64,000 bases of DNA from Gemmatimonadales bacterium (GCA_965249575.1 OZ252244.1:960001-1024000), one strand, 5' to 3'; counted from the stretch's first letter, positions 1-9,580 are shown. The notes: generated from the letters alone by a model not told the origin. Program-made: numbers and translations.

Positions 1-944
1 ACCGTCTTCAAACTCTCGCGGATCGTGAGGTGGGTAACGTTCTGGAGGGCGGGGGTTTCGTCAAGACAGCGCTGAAGCCGGTAGTTCGGAATCTGACTTG
101 ACAGGTGATGCACGTGGTGGATCCCGATGTTGCCGGTCAACCACTGCAATACCTTCGGAAGTACCAGATGCGAGCTGCCCTGGAGCCCTGCCTCCCAATA
201 GTCCCAGTTCTCGCGATACCGCCAGTAGGTGTCCTCGTACTGGTGCTGCACGTAGAAGAGGAACACGCCGAGTGATCCCGCGATCAGTGTGATCGGCAGT
301 TGCACCAGCAGGAAGTTCTTGATCCCCACCGTGAGCCACATGACCGTGATCACGATGAGCAGCGCCAGGTTGGTGCGGTGGATGCTCGCCCATTCCCGCC
401 GCCAGTTGCGAGGGAGATCGAGTGGGAGCCGGTGCTTGAAGATGAACTGGTACGCCGGCCCGATCAGCAGCATCACGAGCGGATTGCGGTAGAGCCGGTA
501 GAGAATCCGTTTCATGCGCGGCAGACCGAGGAACTCGCGCACCGTCAGCGTATCGATGTCGCCAAAGCTCCGGAGGTCGAGGTTGCCCGACGTGGCGTGA
601 TGCACGGCGTGTGTCTTCCGCCAATAGGCGTAGGGCACCAGCGTCATGACGCCAATCGTCCCGCCCACCAGATTCGCCGTGCGTCGCGACTTGAAGAACG
701 CGCCGTGGCCACAATCGTGCTGCAAGATGAAGAGACGCGTCAACAGCATCGCCGTGGGCACCGCCAGGAGCAACGTAAGCCAATACCCGATCTGCAGGCT
801 CCAGAGCATCGCGCCCCAGAGGAGCGCAAACGGCACGGCGGTGTTTACGAGTTGAAAGACGCTCCGCCACGTGCTCGGTCCCTTGTAGGGAGCGAGGAGT
901 GTCTGCCAATCGATATCCGCCGAGAACCGGGTTGCGTTCGTCAC
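1..944 (-). CDS. membrane fatty acid desaturase (Des-like); 3' end runs off the window
   Basis: Not in the ORF track because there is no stop in the window. Manual translation from GTG at 944 (GGAGG upstream): MTNATRFSADIDWQTLLAPYK..., with His boxes QHDCGH, HAVHH and HHVHH. Confidence 0.9.
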   Translation of the reverse strand, partial: MTNATRFSADIDWQTLLAPYKGPSTWRSVFQLVNTAVPFALLWGAMLWSLQIGYWLTLLLAVPTAMLLTRLFILQHDCGHGAFFKSRRTANLVGGTIGVMTLVPYAYWRKTHAVHHATSGNLDLRSFGDIDTLTVREFLGLPRMKRILYRLYRNPLVMLLIGPAYQFIFKHRLPLDLPRNWRREWASIHRTNLALLIVITVMWLTVGIKNFLLVQLPITLIAGSLGVFLFYVQHQYEDTYWRYRENWDYWEAGLQGSSHLVLPKVLQWLTGNIGIHHVHHLSSQIPNYRLQRCLDETPALQNVTHLTIRESLKT

Positions 945-1232
945 GTCACCTCCATCCATTGTCTTTCTTCTTCGTCGAGGCGGTTCACCGCTCACCGCGC
1001 CTGCGCTGAGCCGCGGTTCTCAACCGCAAGAAGACGCGAGGCGAACAGTGACAGATTCACTGTTTCGGCCAGACCGCTGCGCAACCGCTGTCACCGAGCC
1101 GACCAGGCTGAGCGGCCCCGGAGGCCCTCCGGTTGAATGGAAGTTTACCGCTAAGGGGATAAGAGACAAGGTGGATTTCGACTTCACCCCGCCCGGCCAG
1201 CCGCACCTCGACAGACGAGCCCCGGCGCGGGG

Positions 1233-1390
1233 CACGGTGCTTTGCGGCGAGCCGACGACCCTCGTCGAGCAACTCCGCACAGCCCAGGCGGCCACGTGGC
1301 TGGGCGACACGCCCGATGTCGTGATGCGCACCTACGTCAAGCCGAGCAAGGCGGCGCAGGCCCACGCCGTGCTGTCCAGCACAAACGCCC
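1233..1390 (+). pseudogene. tyrosine recombinase/integrase C-terminal remnant
   Basis: HGALRRA at 1233-1253 in one frame, then TTLVEQLRTAQAATWLGDTPDVVMRTYVKPS in another. Together they resemble box II (HxLR...LG[H/D]...Y), ~45 bp from a tRNA-derived att core. Confidence 0.55.
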
Positions 1391-1434
1391 CCGAAGAGGC
1401 GTCGGTAAGCGATGAACTGGCTATGACTTCCACA

Positions 1435-1551
1435 ACAGGCCCGGCAGGACTCGAGCCTGCAACCCCCGGTCTTGGAGCTCGGTGATCGTCGTCCCATCCT
1501 GTCCCGTCTGGTCCCATTTGGTCCCGTTTGGTCCCGTCCTGTACTGACTTA
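1435..1551 (-). mobile_element. att junction 1: tRNA-Trp 3'-half copy plus truncated arm
   Basis: 1435-1477 matches 11767-11809 with 2 mismatches; five GTCCC decamers (1491-1540), then GTACTGACTTA. Confidence 0.85.
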
Positions 1552-1779
1552 CCAGATCCTTCGAGTGCCTTTCTGACACCTGGCACGTGACACCCCCTGA
1601 CACCTCTCCACGACTCCGCCGTCCGACGGGGTGCGAAGGGCCATCCTCCATCGACCCGCCCCGTGAAGCGCAGTATACTGTCGGCGGACCTCGCGGCGAT
1701 GCCCCCTTCGGGGCTCAAGGCGCGGGAGCGCGCCCTCCGACCCCGAGGACTCGTCGAATCGGGAGACCAAGTAGCAGCG

Positions 1780-3384
1780 ATGCACCCGGGCCTTCACCTC
1801 CTCACGCGCCCCCACTTTTTGGCCACGTCACTCGTCGTCGCCATCGCCTACTTTCTCGCGGCGCGGTTCGGCCTGGCCTTCGGCTTTGTCGAACAGAGCG
1901 TCACACTCCTATGGCCTCCGACCGGCATCGCCCTCGCCGCGATCGTGCTGGGCGGATACCAGATGGTCCCTGCCATCGTGCTGGGGGCAGTGGCGGTCAA
2001 CGCGTCCACAGGCTCACCGCCACTCTTCGTGCTCGCTACGGCGATCGGGAACCCCCTGGAGGCCATCGCCGGCGCGGCCATGCTCCGGAGGTTCGTGGCG
2101 TTCGACGCCAGGCTCGGACGCGTCGCGGACGTTATGGGTCTGTTGTTCCTGGCGGCGCTGGCGAGCACGACGATCAGCGCCACCCTGGGAGTGAGTGGGC
2201 TCTGTGCGAGCGGCGGCGCGCCCTGGGCGGATTTCGGAACGATCTGGGTGGGTTGGTGGATTGGCGACGGTATGGGGAACATGATCGTGGCGCCCGCCAT
2301 TCTCACCTGGGCCGCCAGGCCGAGAGACCGCTTGGATCCGGCGGGAAGCGCCACAGCGTTGGCCATCACCGTCCTGGTGGGATACGTCGTGTTCGTTTCG
2401 ACGTGGCTCGACGCCGTCACGGTCTCTCCGCTCTCGTACTGGCCGTTCCCATTGATCGTGTGGGCGGCCCTCCGGCAAGGACCTCGCGGGGCAGCCACGC
2501 TCACGCTGGCAGTTTCCGTCATGGCGTTCGTGGGAGCGGTGCAGGGGGTAGGACCATTCGTATCGGAGACGCAGTTATCGACGTTGCTGCACTTGCTCGC
2601 GTATCTTTTCGTCCTGGCCATGACATCGATGACTCTCGCGGCGGTCGTGGCCGAGCGCCGACGGATCAGTGAGGCCGACAATGAAAAGGCTCACGGCCTC
2701 AAGTTGTTGCGCACGGTGGCGCAAGCCACCAACGACGCAGCCAGTGTCGACGGCGCGTGGCAGCAGATCCTGGCGCTGGTCTGTAGGTACACCGGCTGGC
2801 CGGTTGCACACGTGTACCGCTCCGGGGCTGAGCCGGGCGTTCTCGAGCCCTCCAATCAGTGGTACCTGGAGGACCCCGAGCGCTACCGCACGTTCCGGGA
2901 AGTCACAGAGCGGACGACCTTTGCCGAGGGGGTGGGACTCCCGGGACGGGTGCTGGCCGCCAAAGGACCGGCCTGGATCGTCGATGTCACCGCCGACGAC
3001 AACTTTCTACGCGCCAGGCTCGCCCACGATTTGGGTGTGCGAGGGGCATTCGCATTTCCGGTGCTGGTGGGGCCGGAGGTGGTGAGCGTCATGGAGTTCT
3101 ACTCACCGGAAGCGAAGGAGCCCGATCAACGGCTGCTGGAGCTGATGGCCCAGATCGGAACCCAAATCGGACGGGTCATCGAGCGAGAGCAACTGCGGGA
3201 GGCGCTAGCCAAGGTCTTGAGCGGCTTCGTCCCCATCTGCGCCCAATGCAAGGCCATCCGCAACGCCCAAGATCTCTGGGTGCCCGTTGAACGCTATGTT
3301 CAGGAGCGTACGGCCGCGATCTTCAGTCACGGTATTTGCGACAATTGCGCACGTGAGCTATACCAGAGAGAACCGCCGAGCTGA
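1780..3384 (+). CDS. MASE1 membrane sensor + GAF domain protein with C-terminal Cys/His (CxxC...HxxCxxC) module
   Basis: WPPTGIALA and WWIGDGMG (MASE1); GVGLPGRV (GAF); PICAQCKAIR...FSHGICDNC. Start set at ATG 1780; the ORF track starts at 1663. Confidence 0.8.
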   Translation: MHPGLHLLTRPHFLATSLVVAIAYFLAARFGLAFGFVEQSVTLLWPPTGIALAAIVLGGYQMVPAIVLGAVAVNASTGSPPLFVLATAIGNPLEAIAGAAMLRRFVAFDARLGRVADVMGLLFLAALASTTISATLGVSGLCASGGAPWADFGTIWVGWWIGDGMGNMIVAPAILTWAARPRDRLDPAGSATALAITVLVGYVVFVSTWLDAVTVSPLSYWPFPLIVWAALRQGPRGAATLTLAVSVMAFVGAVQGVGPFVSETQLSTLLHLLAYLFVLAMTSMTLAAVVAERRRISEADNEKAHGLKLLRTVAQATNDAASVDGAWQQILALVCRYTGWPVAHVYRSGAEPGVLEPSNQWYLEDPERYRTFREVTERTTFAEGVGLPGRVLAAKGPAWIVDVTADDNFLRARLAHDLGVRGAFAFPVLVGPEVVSVMEFYSPEAKEPDQRLLELMAQIGTQIGRVIEREQLREALAKVLSGFVPICAQCKAIRNAQDLWVPVERYVQERTAAIFSHGICDNCARELYQREPPS

Positions 3385-3409
3385 TGTTTCATTCGGTCAT
3401 CCTCAGACG

Positions 3410-3570
3410 ACACTGGTGCTACAGATGCCCGGCGTCGGCGCCATTGCGGCGGGCAAGAGCGCGGACTTCATCGTATTGGACGCGAACCCGCTCGACGACA
3501 TCACCAACACGAGGCGGATCGACGCGGTCTATCTCCGCGGCACGGCGCTCAATCGAGACGGTCTCCAAAC
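3410..3570 (+). pseudogene. amidohydrolase C-terminal fragment
   Basis: GAIAAGKSADFIVLDANPLDDITNTRRIDAVYLRG resembles the C-termini of the intact amidohydrolases at 12001 and 53364; the rest of the gene is absent. Confidence 0.75.
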
Positions 3571-3664
3571 CAAAGCGTCCCAGAACCTGGGGAGGGCGAC
3601 GGCCAGACCCCCCTATAGGGGAGAATCCCGTTCCCTTTGATGCTCGGCCAGCCCGGCTGAGCCA

Positions 3665-3939
3665 TGGTTTGCAAATGGTTTGCAAACGCCTTTCGTGGAC
3701 CGGGATCGCGGAATCGGCAGGAGATCCTACTTACTTGTGTTACAACGTTTTACACTGACAGGCCCGGCAGGACTCGAACCTGCAACCCCCGGTTTTGGAG
3801 TGCGGTGATCGCCGTCCCGTCTGGTCCCTTCGAGTCCCGTTCTGTCCCTTCCTGTACTGACTTAGCGACCTCTTCGTCCCGTCCTGTACCGTCTAATCCC
3901 GTCCTGTCCCTTCCTCTTGGTTTGCAAATGGTTTGCAGG
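3665..3939 (-). mobile_element. att junction 2: complete attP-like site (arm - tRNA-Trp core - arm)
   Basis: TGGTTTGCAAATGGTTTGCAAA 3665-3686; IHF-like TTACAACGTTTTA 3740-3752; exact 43-bp core 3758-3800; phased GTCCC repeats; TGGTTTGCAAATGGTTTGCAGG 3918-3939. Confidence 0.9.
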
Positions 3940-4288
3940 ACCGGCCACGCTGGCCACCCCACCGGAGCGCCCGTAGCTTAGCGGAGACTCCTGTCGGGAG
4001 CTCGACTCGTGTCTGACCCCCCTGGAGCGCCTCAAGCGGCCCTCGCCAAGCGAGGCAGAAATATGAGGCGTTCGATGCGTGAACGCGGCGTGACTGATCC
4101 CCTCGACTTCGCACCGCCCGGGCTAACCGCTACGCCATCGAGCGCGAGTTCGGCGCGGGAGGCAGGCGACGGAGCATCTCGCCGAAAGCTCCCTCATTCG
4201 CTCATCCGGTTCCTCGTAGATGCCTAGTTTCTTCCAGCGTCTGAAATCCGCGATCGTTGACCTGGGCATGGGGTCGCGTCCGTTCGGC

Positions 4289-4357
4289 GTGACGGATTCT
4301 CTGGACGGCCTTCGCACCGCCCTCGCTGACCGCTACGCCATGGAGCGGGAGATCGGC
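4289..4357 (+). pseudogene. Ser/Thr kinase N-terminal stub
   Basis: VTDSLDGLRTALADRYAMEREIG, followed by unrelated sequence. Confidence 0.7.
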
Positions 4358-4653
4358 TTGCGCATCGAGCGGTTCACCAAACGGCTTGACCCCCCACAAG
4401 AAATGCCGAGAGTCGGGAATACCCACCGCTGGCGTTGGTTCGCTTCAATTTTTGCCGACGAAGCGAAAAGCAATCAAGGGGTGGGGTGACGCCAACGAAG
4501 TGATGGGTTTCTAGGTGCTTGCCGTCGCACGACTCTCTCAACGCTCGTAAAATCGGTAATTATGCTTCGTGGCGCTCGCGGGCCGGTGGGAGTCGCCCGC
4601 GTTGTTGATCAATCCGCGGCTGTCTCGGCTGGTCTGCACGCACGCCCTTGCGT

Positions 4654-5088
4654 TCACTCAGCGTTGGTTGCTGCTGAGCGGCCTCGCTCCCGTCCTAGAA
4701 ACCTATTGGTCGCATTGAGCACAGCAAGCGCTGTCGCCCGGACGGAATCACTACCGCCTTGGCAGACACCGAACAGGGATTGAGTCTGTGCTCCCATAGA
4801 TGCCACTAGCGATACGACGATCACGGTTTGGCCGAGGGTCTCGACTACCTGCACGGCTCGAACGCGGACACTGGCTCCTTCGGCGTCGAACGCTTCGGAC
4901 AACGCATCAGCCGCGGCTCTGGCGACGGCTCGCAGCTGGTCGGCTTGGCTATTGCCGCCCTGGGCCGTGGCGGCGAACACGCCCGAGTGTGGGCTCTCGA
5001 TTGCTACCATGGCCTGACACTGCTCGCCGGTGAGAGCGTCGATCTGAGCTCGGATAAACCTGATCGCCCGGGGTGCTCCGTCAGCCAC
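4654..5088 (-). CDS. hypothetical protein (possibly LeuA regulatory-domain-like fold)
   Basis: Protein-like C-terminal part of ORF 4654..5271, ending RATALAVLNATNRFLG; start uncertain. Confidence 0.5.
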   Translation of the reverse strand: MADGAPRAIRFIRAQIDALTGEQCQAMVAIESPHSGVFAATAQGGNSQADQLRAVARAAADALSEAFDAEGASVRVRAVQVVETLGQTVIVVSLVASMGAQTQSLFGVCQGGSDSVRATALAVLNATNRFLGRERGRSAATNAE

Positions 5089-5100
5089 GCGCGCACCGCG

Positions 5101-5340
5101 AACCCATGCCGCCTTCGCCCAGCTCCCGCTCGATGCAGTAACGGTCGGCGAGGGCGGTCGAGAGGCGAGCGGTGATCTCGGGCATCGGGCTAAGATGCGC
5201 CGCGTCGTGGGGTTTGGCGAGGTTGTGAGGTAGAACTTGGGGGGGCGACGGCCAGAGTGGCTGGACGCCACTACAGGGAGAGCCCGATTCCTTCTTGCCT
5301 ACTACACCACGCACAGCGCCCGACCGCAGGGCCGGGCGCT
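5101..5340 (-). repeat. hairpin + putative promoter + Ser/Thr kinase 5' stub, copy 1
   Basis: MPEITARLSTALADRYCIERELGEGGMG from ATG at 5185; the ~155 bp upstream is similar to 9652-9803. Confidence 0.8.
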
Positions 5341-5458
5341 TGGGGCAAAGAACCATTCGGAGCTTCTCAAGCAACTCTGGCAGGCCGCGGTCAACGCCGC
5401 GGGAAACTCTCGACCGCATCTCACGGCACACGATTGGCGGTCAGGCTCATTTCCACGG

Positions 5459-5890
5459 TCATGTTTCCATCCGAACACCGATAGGGCTGCGAGAGCCCAT
5501 GCTCATCGCCGACGGTGTGGCAGACGCATAAAACAGCCCCGTGCTCCATGCGAAGGGAGTGTAGAACGAGCCTGGGTCGCCACCGGTCCTCCTCATGATC
5601 CACTGGTCCCACTGGATATCCTCCAGCGGGCAGCCAACGATGGCTTCCAAGAATTCGCCCGTGCCGTCGCCAAGAAGGAACCTGAATTCCACCACCGCGC
5701 CATCCATCGAGCGTGCCCAGACCACGCCCTCTCGGATCTCTGAGAGGGGGCGCTGGCGCGGACTGCAGGAGTTCGCGCTGGATGTGTTCGAAGGGGTGGT
5801 CTTGAAAGAAGGCCGCGAAATCATAGGTCAAGTGGAGGATGCCTTCGGCCAGGCGCAGAGTTGGAGGTTGCGCCGTTGACCTGACCTCGC
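5459..5890 (-). pseudogene. frameshifted hypothetical gene fragment
   Basis: Two overlapping minus-strand ORFs (5421..5930 and 5459..5824) each have a protein-like half; no family recognised. Confidence 0.3.
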
Positions 5891-6211
5891 GGTGGAGACC
5901 GGTAGACCGCGGGCCGGTGCAGCAGGCCACCGGAGCAACGCGTGCGTATCAACACGCGGGAGGGCGAGCCGGCCACCCCGGGCGTCGAAACCCCTCTGCG
6001 AACATCTCTGCGAACATTTGCCCGCAACCTGCGTGGTGAATGTCCCCTTTCTGTCCCCTAACTATCGCGCACTATCGGCAACCATGAGGTGAAGCAAAGT
6101 AGGACGGCGCAGCGCCGTCCTCGGCGTAACCCATTACCACTGGTAGGGATTAGCAGTACCGGACAGGGTACAATTCTGTCTGATGGGACCCGATGGTTTT
6201 GCTAGCCGCTC

Positions 6212-6240
6212 GGACTTAAAATCCCTTGGGGGCAACCCCC
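6212..6240 (+). pseudogene. tRNA-Leu(TAA)-like fragment (anticodon arm + variable arm)
   Basis: GGA-CTTAAAA-TCC anticodon stem-loop followed by the GGGGGCAACCCCC long variable arm; no D or T arm. Confidence 0.65.
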
Positions 6241-6289
6241 ATCCAGCCCGCTCCCTTCGCCACAGCCTCCCCACCCGCTTTACCGCCGA

Positions 6290-6691
6290 TGTGCCCAAAA
6301 TTGTGCCCAAGAAGCGAAAACGACACCGCATCCACCGGAGTGGTTCCAGACAACTCGCACTGTTACAACGTGTTACCCAACAGGCCCGGCAGGACTCGAC
6401 TCGCTTAGCGGCGGCGAGGGCGCGTCAGCGGACGAGCCGACGGTTCGAGCGAGGTCCGGCCGGTGGCTTACGACAAGGGGCCGCGCTGATCGCGCGGCCC
6501 CTTGTCGTGACAGGCCCGGCAGGACTCGAACCTGCAACCCCCGGTTTTGGAGTTCGGTGCTCGTCGTCCCGTCCTGTCCTCTTTAGTCCCGTTTGGTCCC
6601 TTCCTGTACCGACTTACGAGCGCCTACGTCCCTTCCTGTCCCGTCCTGTACCATCCAGTCCCGTCTAGTTGGTTTGCAAATGGTTTGCAGG
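6290..6691 (-). mobile_element. att junction 3: different left arm, 20-bp tRNA-Trp stub, hairpin spacer, full core and complete right arm
   Basis: TGTGCCCAA x2 at 6290-6310; IHF-like 6363-6375; stub 6380-6399; exact core 6510-6552; TGGTTTGCAAATGGTTTGCAGG 6670-6691. Confidence 0.88.
6470..6508. terminator. perfect 17-bp hairpin immediately 3' of the tRNA-Trp copy
   Basis: ACGACAAGGGGCCGCGC-TGATC-GCGCGGCCCCTTGTCGT; no clear U tract. Confidence 0.55.
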
Positions 6692-6940
6692 ATTAGGTCA
6701 TCCGTAAGCGACGCCGGGGGCTGAAGCGGTAACTGGCAGTGGAGTCAGTCGCGGCTCGCCCCTTCGGTTAGCCGCTGCACCTCCGGAGGCACCACCGCCA
6801 CTTCAGATGGCGGTTGGCGGCACATCGTCCACGGCCGACGCCGATCATTTACCATCAGTCAATGCCGAAGAATCACCTTTATATGGCCCATCAAACCAGC
6901 AGTGGCACCGGGATCTAAACCACGTCAAGCACGCCCGTCG

Positions 6941-7041
6941 AAACGCCGCCTAAACACCCTCAAAACGCGGAGATAACAGACGGGGGACACGCACAGAAAA
7001 CGCCGCGTAAACGCCGCGTAAACGCCGTCAAAACGCCGTGG
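6941..7041. repeat. 11-bp periodic direct repeats (AAACGCCGNNN)
   Basis: Three degenerate copies at 6941-6973 and four at 6998-7041. Confidence 0.75.
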
Positions 7042-7297
7042 TTACCCCCGGTGGGAATACCGGGGAGAAGCCTCTTAGAGCCACGAGGTCCGCGGCCCGC
7101 TGCCGTTGCGTTTGCCGCAGCTCTTTGCCACCATCGCAACAACGTCGCCGCCGTCGCCATCCAACAACCTAATCCACGCCATCACAAATCTGCAGGCGGG
7201 TGAAGTCGAAAACCGCCCGGCCAGCCTGAACCACTCGACCGTACCGTGGCGTTCCTCGGCACAGCGGCGTAACGTGGTTCAAACCCAGGAGCCAGCC

Positions 7298-8179
7298 ATG
7301 GAACGGCTCAGCCAGGTCCTAGTCTCGATCCGCAACGCGCTGAACTACTCCCTATTCCAACTGGGCGACGCCAAAGTGACCGTGTGGACTCTGCTTTACC
7401 TCACGGTGCTCTTCACGGTCCTTGTGGTCGTCTCGAGCCAACTCAAGCGATGGGTGGCCCGATCGTTGGCGTTTGGTGACATAGAGATTGGGCTGCGTCA
7501 ATCGATTGCGACGATCGTGCGCTACGTGGTCATCGCGATCGGCCTGGTGATCATCATCCAGTCGGCCGGGATCGACCTGAGTGCCCTCACCGTCCTGGCC
7601 GGCGCCGCGGGGTTGGGAATCGGCTTCGGCCTGCAGAACATCATCAACAACTTCGTCAGCGGGTTGATCATTCTGTTTGAGCGACCCATCAAGGTTGGTG
7701 ACCGCGTAGATGTCGGCAGCGTTCACGGCGACGTGGTAAGCGTCTCAGCGCGGGCAACCACCGTCGTGACCAATGACAACATCGCGATCATCGTTCCCAA
7801 CTCCGAGTTCATCTCTAGCAAGGTCACCAACTGGAGCTACACCGATCGCACGGTGCGTTTCGATGTCCCCGTTGGCGTCTCCTATGCGTCCAACCCGGAC
7901 GTTGTTACCCAGCTCCTCATCGAGGTCGCAAGGTGCCACCCTGGCGTCTTGGCCACCCCCAAATCCGAAGTGCTGTTCGAGGAATTCGGCGACAGTTCTC
8001 TGAACTTTACACTGCAGGTGTGGACCAAGGAGTACTCGGCCAAACCGCGGGTCTTGAGGAGCGAATTGAACTACGCCATCGCGCGGATGTTCAAGGAAAA
8101 CGACATCGAGATTCCGTTTCCGCAGCGAGACCTCCACGTGCGGAGTCCGGGTCCCGGACTCCCTTCGCACACGTCGTAG
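7298..8179 (+). CDS. small-conductance mechanosensitive channel (MscS family)
   Basis: GLGIGFGLQNIINNFVSGLIILFERPIKVGD and IEIPFPQRDLH; AGGAG before ATG 7298. Confidence 0.92.
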   Translation: MERLSQVLVSIRNALNYSLFQLGDAKVTVWTLLYLTVLFTVLVVVSSQLKRWVARSLAFGDIEIGLRQSIATIVRYVVIAIGLVIIIQSAGIDLSALTVLAGAAGLGIGFGLQNIINNFVSGLIILFERPIKVGDRVDVGSVHGDVVSVSARATTVVTNDNIAIIVPNSEFISSKVTNWSYTDRTVRFDVPVGVSYASNPDVVTQLLIEVARCHPGVLATPKSEVLFEEFGDSSLNFTLQVWTKEYSAKPRVLRSELNYAIARMFKENDIEIPFPQRDLHVRSPGPGLPSHTS

Positions 8180-8354
8180 CCGCCGGAGCGCGGACGTGTA
8201 CGTCGTCAGACCTGCTGGGACAATTCGCTCCCCAAATTGCCCACCGCCAAGGGACTGCATGTACCGGTCACGGCTCACCGCATGAAGGACCAGATGCCCA
8301 TGGCAGCCAAGACGTGGACCCACCTGGCCCTGGCACTGGTCCCAGCGAACGGAA

Positions 8355-9580
8355 CCGAGGACAGGCGGCACTCTGACCGGGCGGAACGAAGATGACGACG
8401 TGATCGACGAGGCGGGACTATACGTGCACTCCGAAACCCGGCTTTCGGACAAGATCGACATCGTCGCGGCTCTGCGAGTCGACGACCACAACCGGATCGA
8501 AGACCCGAACTTCTCGCCTCGCGCCGCGCTGGTGCTGCATCCGAGCGAAACCAACACCGTGCGCTTCACGTTCAACAGAGCATTCGCTACACCCACGACG
8601 AACAGTCTGTTTCTGGACCGTCTGGCTGGCACCCTTCCGATCATCCCAGGTATCTCGTACGACCTTCGCGTGCTCGGGGTGCCAGCAGACGGACTGAGCT
8701 TTCCGAGTTGCGCCGGTGGCTTCATGAACCCTGCATGCGCATGCCGACGGCGCCCGGTCTAGAGCTCCCCGCCGACGCGACGTTGGCCTGGGACGCGCTC
8801 ATCGTGGGGCTGACGCCGGCGCTGGCTGGGTCTCTCCCCAATCCCGGTTCCGCCGTCCAGACGGTCCTGCGCCGATTCACCCAGGAGGGCGCCGCATTGG
8901 GCACTCCATTCCCGCTGGATTCAGGGGGACCGGTCCCGATCGATCCGATCCGTCCCACTGTTTCCAACACCTTTGAGTTGGGATACAAGGGGCTCCTCGG
9001 CGGTCGTATCTTGCTCGCCGCGGACGCATACCTGACCCGGATGAAGGATTTCGTCGGGCCACTGAGAATAGCGACACCCGCAGTGTTCCTGGATCCGGTT
9101 ACCACGGCCGGGTACGTCAGTACGCAGCTGGCACCATTGGTCATGGGCGGCGTCATAACGCAGGGCACAGTGGATTCCCTGGTCGCGGGCCTCGTGGCGA
9201 TCCCGATCGGAACCGTCGCCCCAAACGAGAACCAGAACACCGATCTCATACTGACCGACAGGAATTTCGGAGAGATAAGTTTCTGGGGTGCTGATGTCGC
9301 GGCGGATCTCATCGTGACCGATCAACTCACGCTCAAGGGTTCGTTGTCGTACGTGAGCGAGGGATGCTTCGACGGGAATGACGACGGCATCGTCGACTGC
9401 GCCGGCAACTCCGACATCGCCCTCAACGCCCCGACAATCAAGGGATCGTTCGCCAGTCGGTACGACGATGCCCGCTCGGGCTTCTCCGTTGAAGGGCGAC
9501 TCCGCTTCACGGACGCCTTTCCCATGAACTCGGGCATCTACGTGGGAAACGTCGACGGCTACGCGGTAGTGGACGCGACC
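8355..9580 (+). pseudogene. TonB-dependent receptor internal fragment, frameshifted
   Basis: FSPRAALV..RFTFNRAF and NTFELGYKG motifs; frame change at ~8730; plug domain and C-terminus missing. Confidence 0.75.

Noticed and set aside
61..1136. ORF-track proteins 61..909(-) and 300..1136(+)
   Set aside because: Shadow frames of the desaturase, which lies in a different minus frame.
1169..1199. GGTGGATTTCGACTTCACC hairpin as a tRNA/tmRNA T-arm
   Set aside because: Lacks canonical GGTTCRA and has no acceptor-stem partner.
3967..3985. GCGCCCGTAGCTTAGCGGA resembling a tRNA-Arg 5' end
   Set aside because: Only 19 nt with no further tRNA structure; could be chance.
4404..4420. TGCCGAGAGTCGGGAAT resembling the reverse complement of a tRNA 3' end
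   Set aside because: Too short, and the T-loop does not match.
1435..6552. tRNA-Trp copies as functional tRNA genes or as a CRISPR array
   Set aside because: They lack the 5' acceptor strand and D arm; spacing is kilobases and irregular, and no cas genes are present.
6726..6775. GCGGTAAC...GTTAGCCGC as an integron attC site
   Set aside because: The left core does not fit RYYYAAC, there is no convincing internal stem, and no integron integrase or other attC sites were seen.
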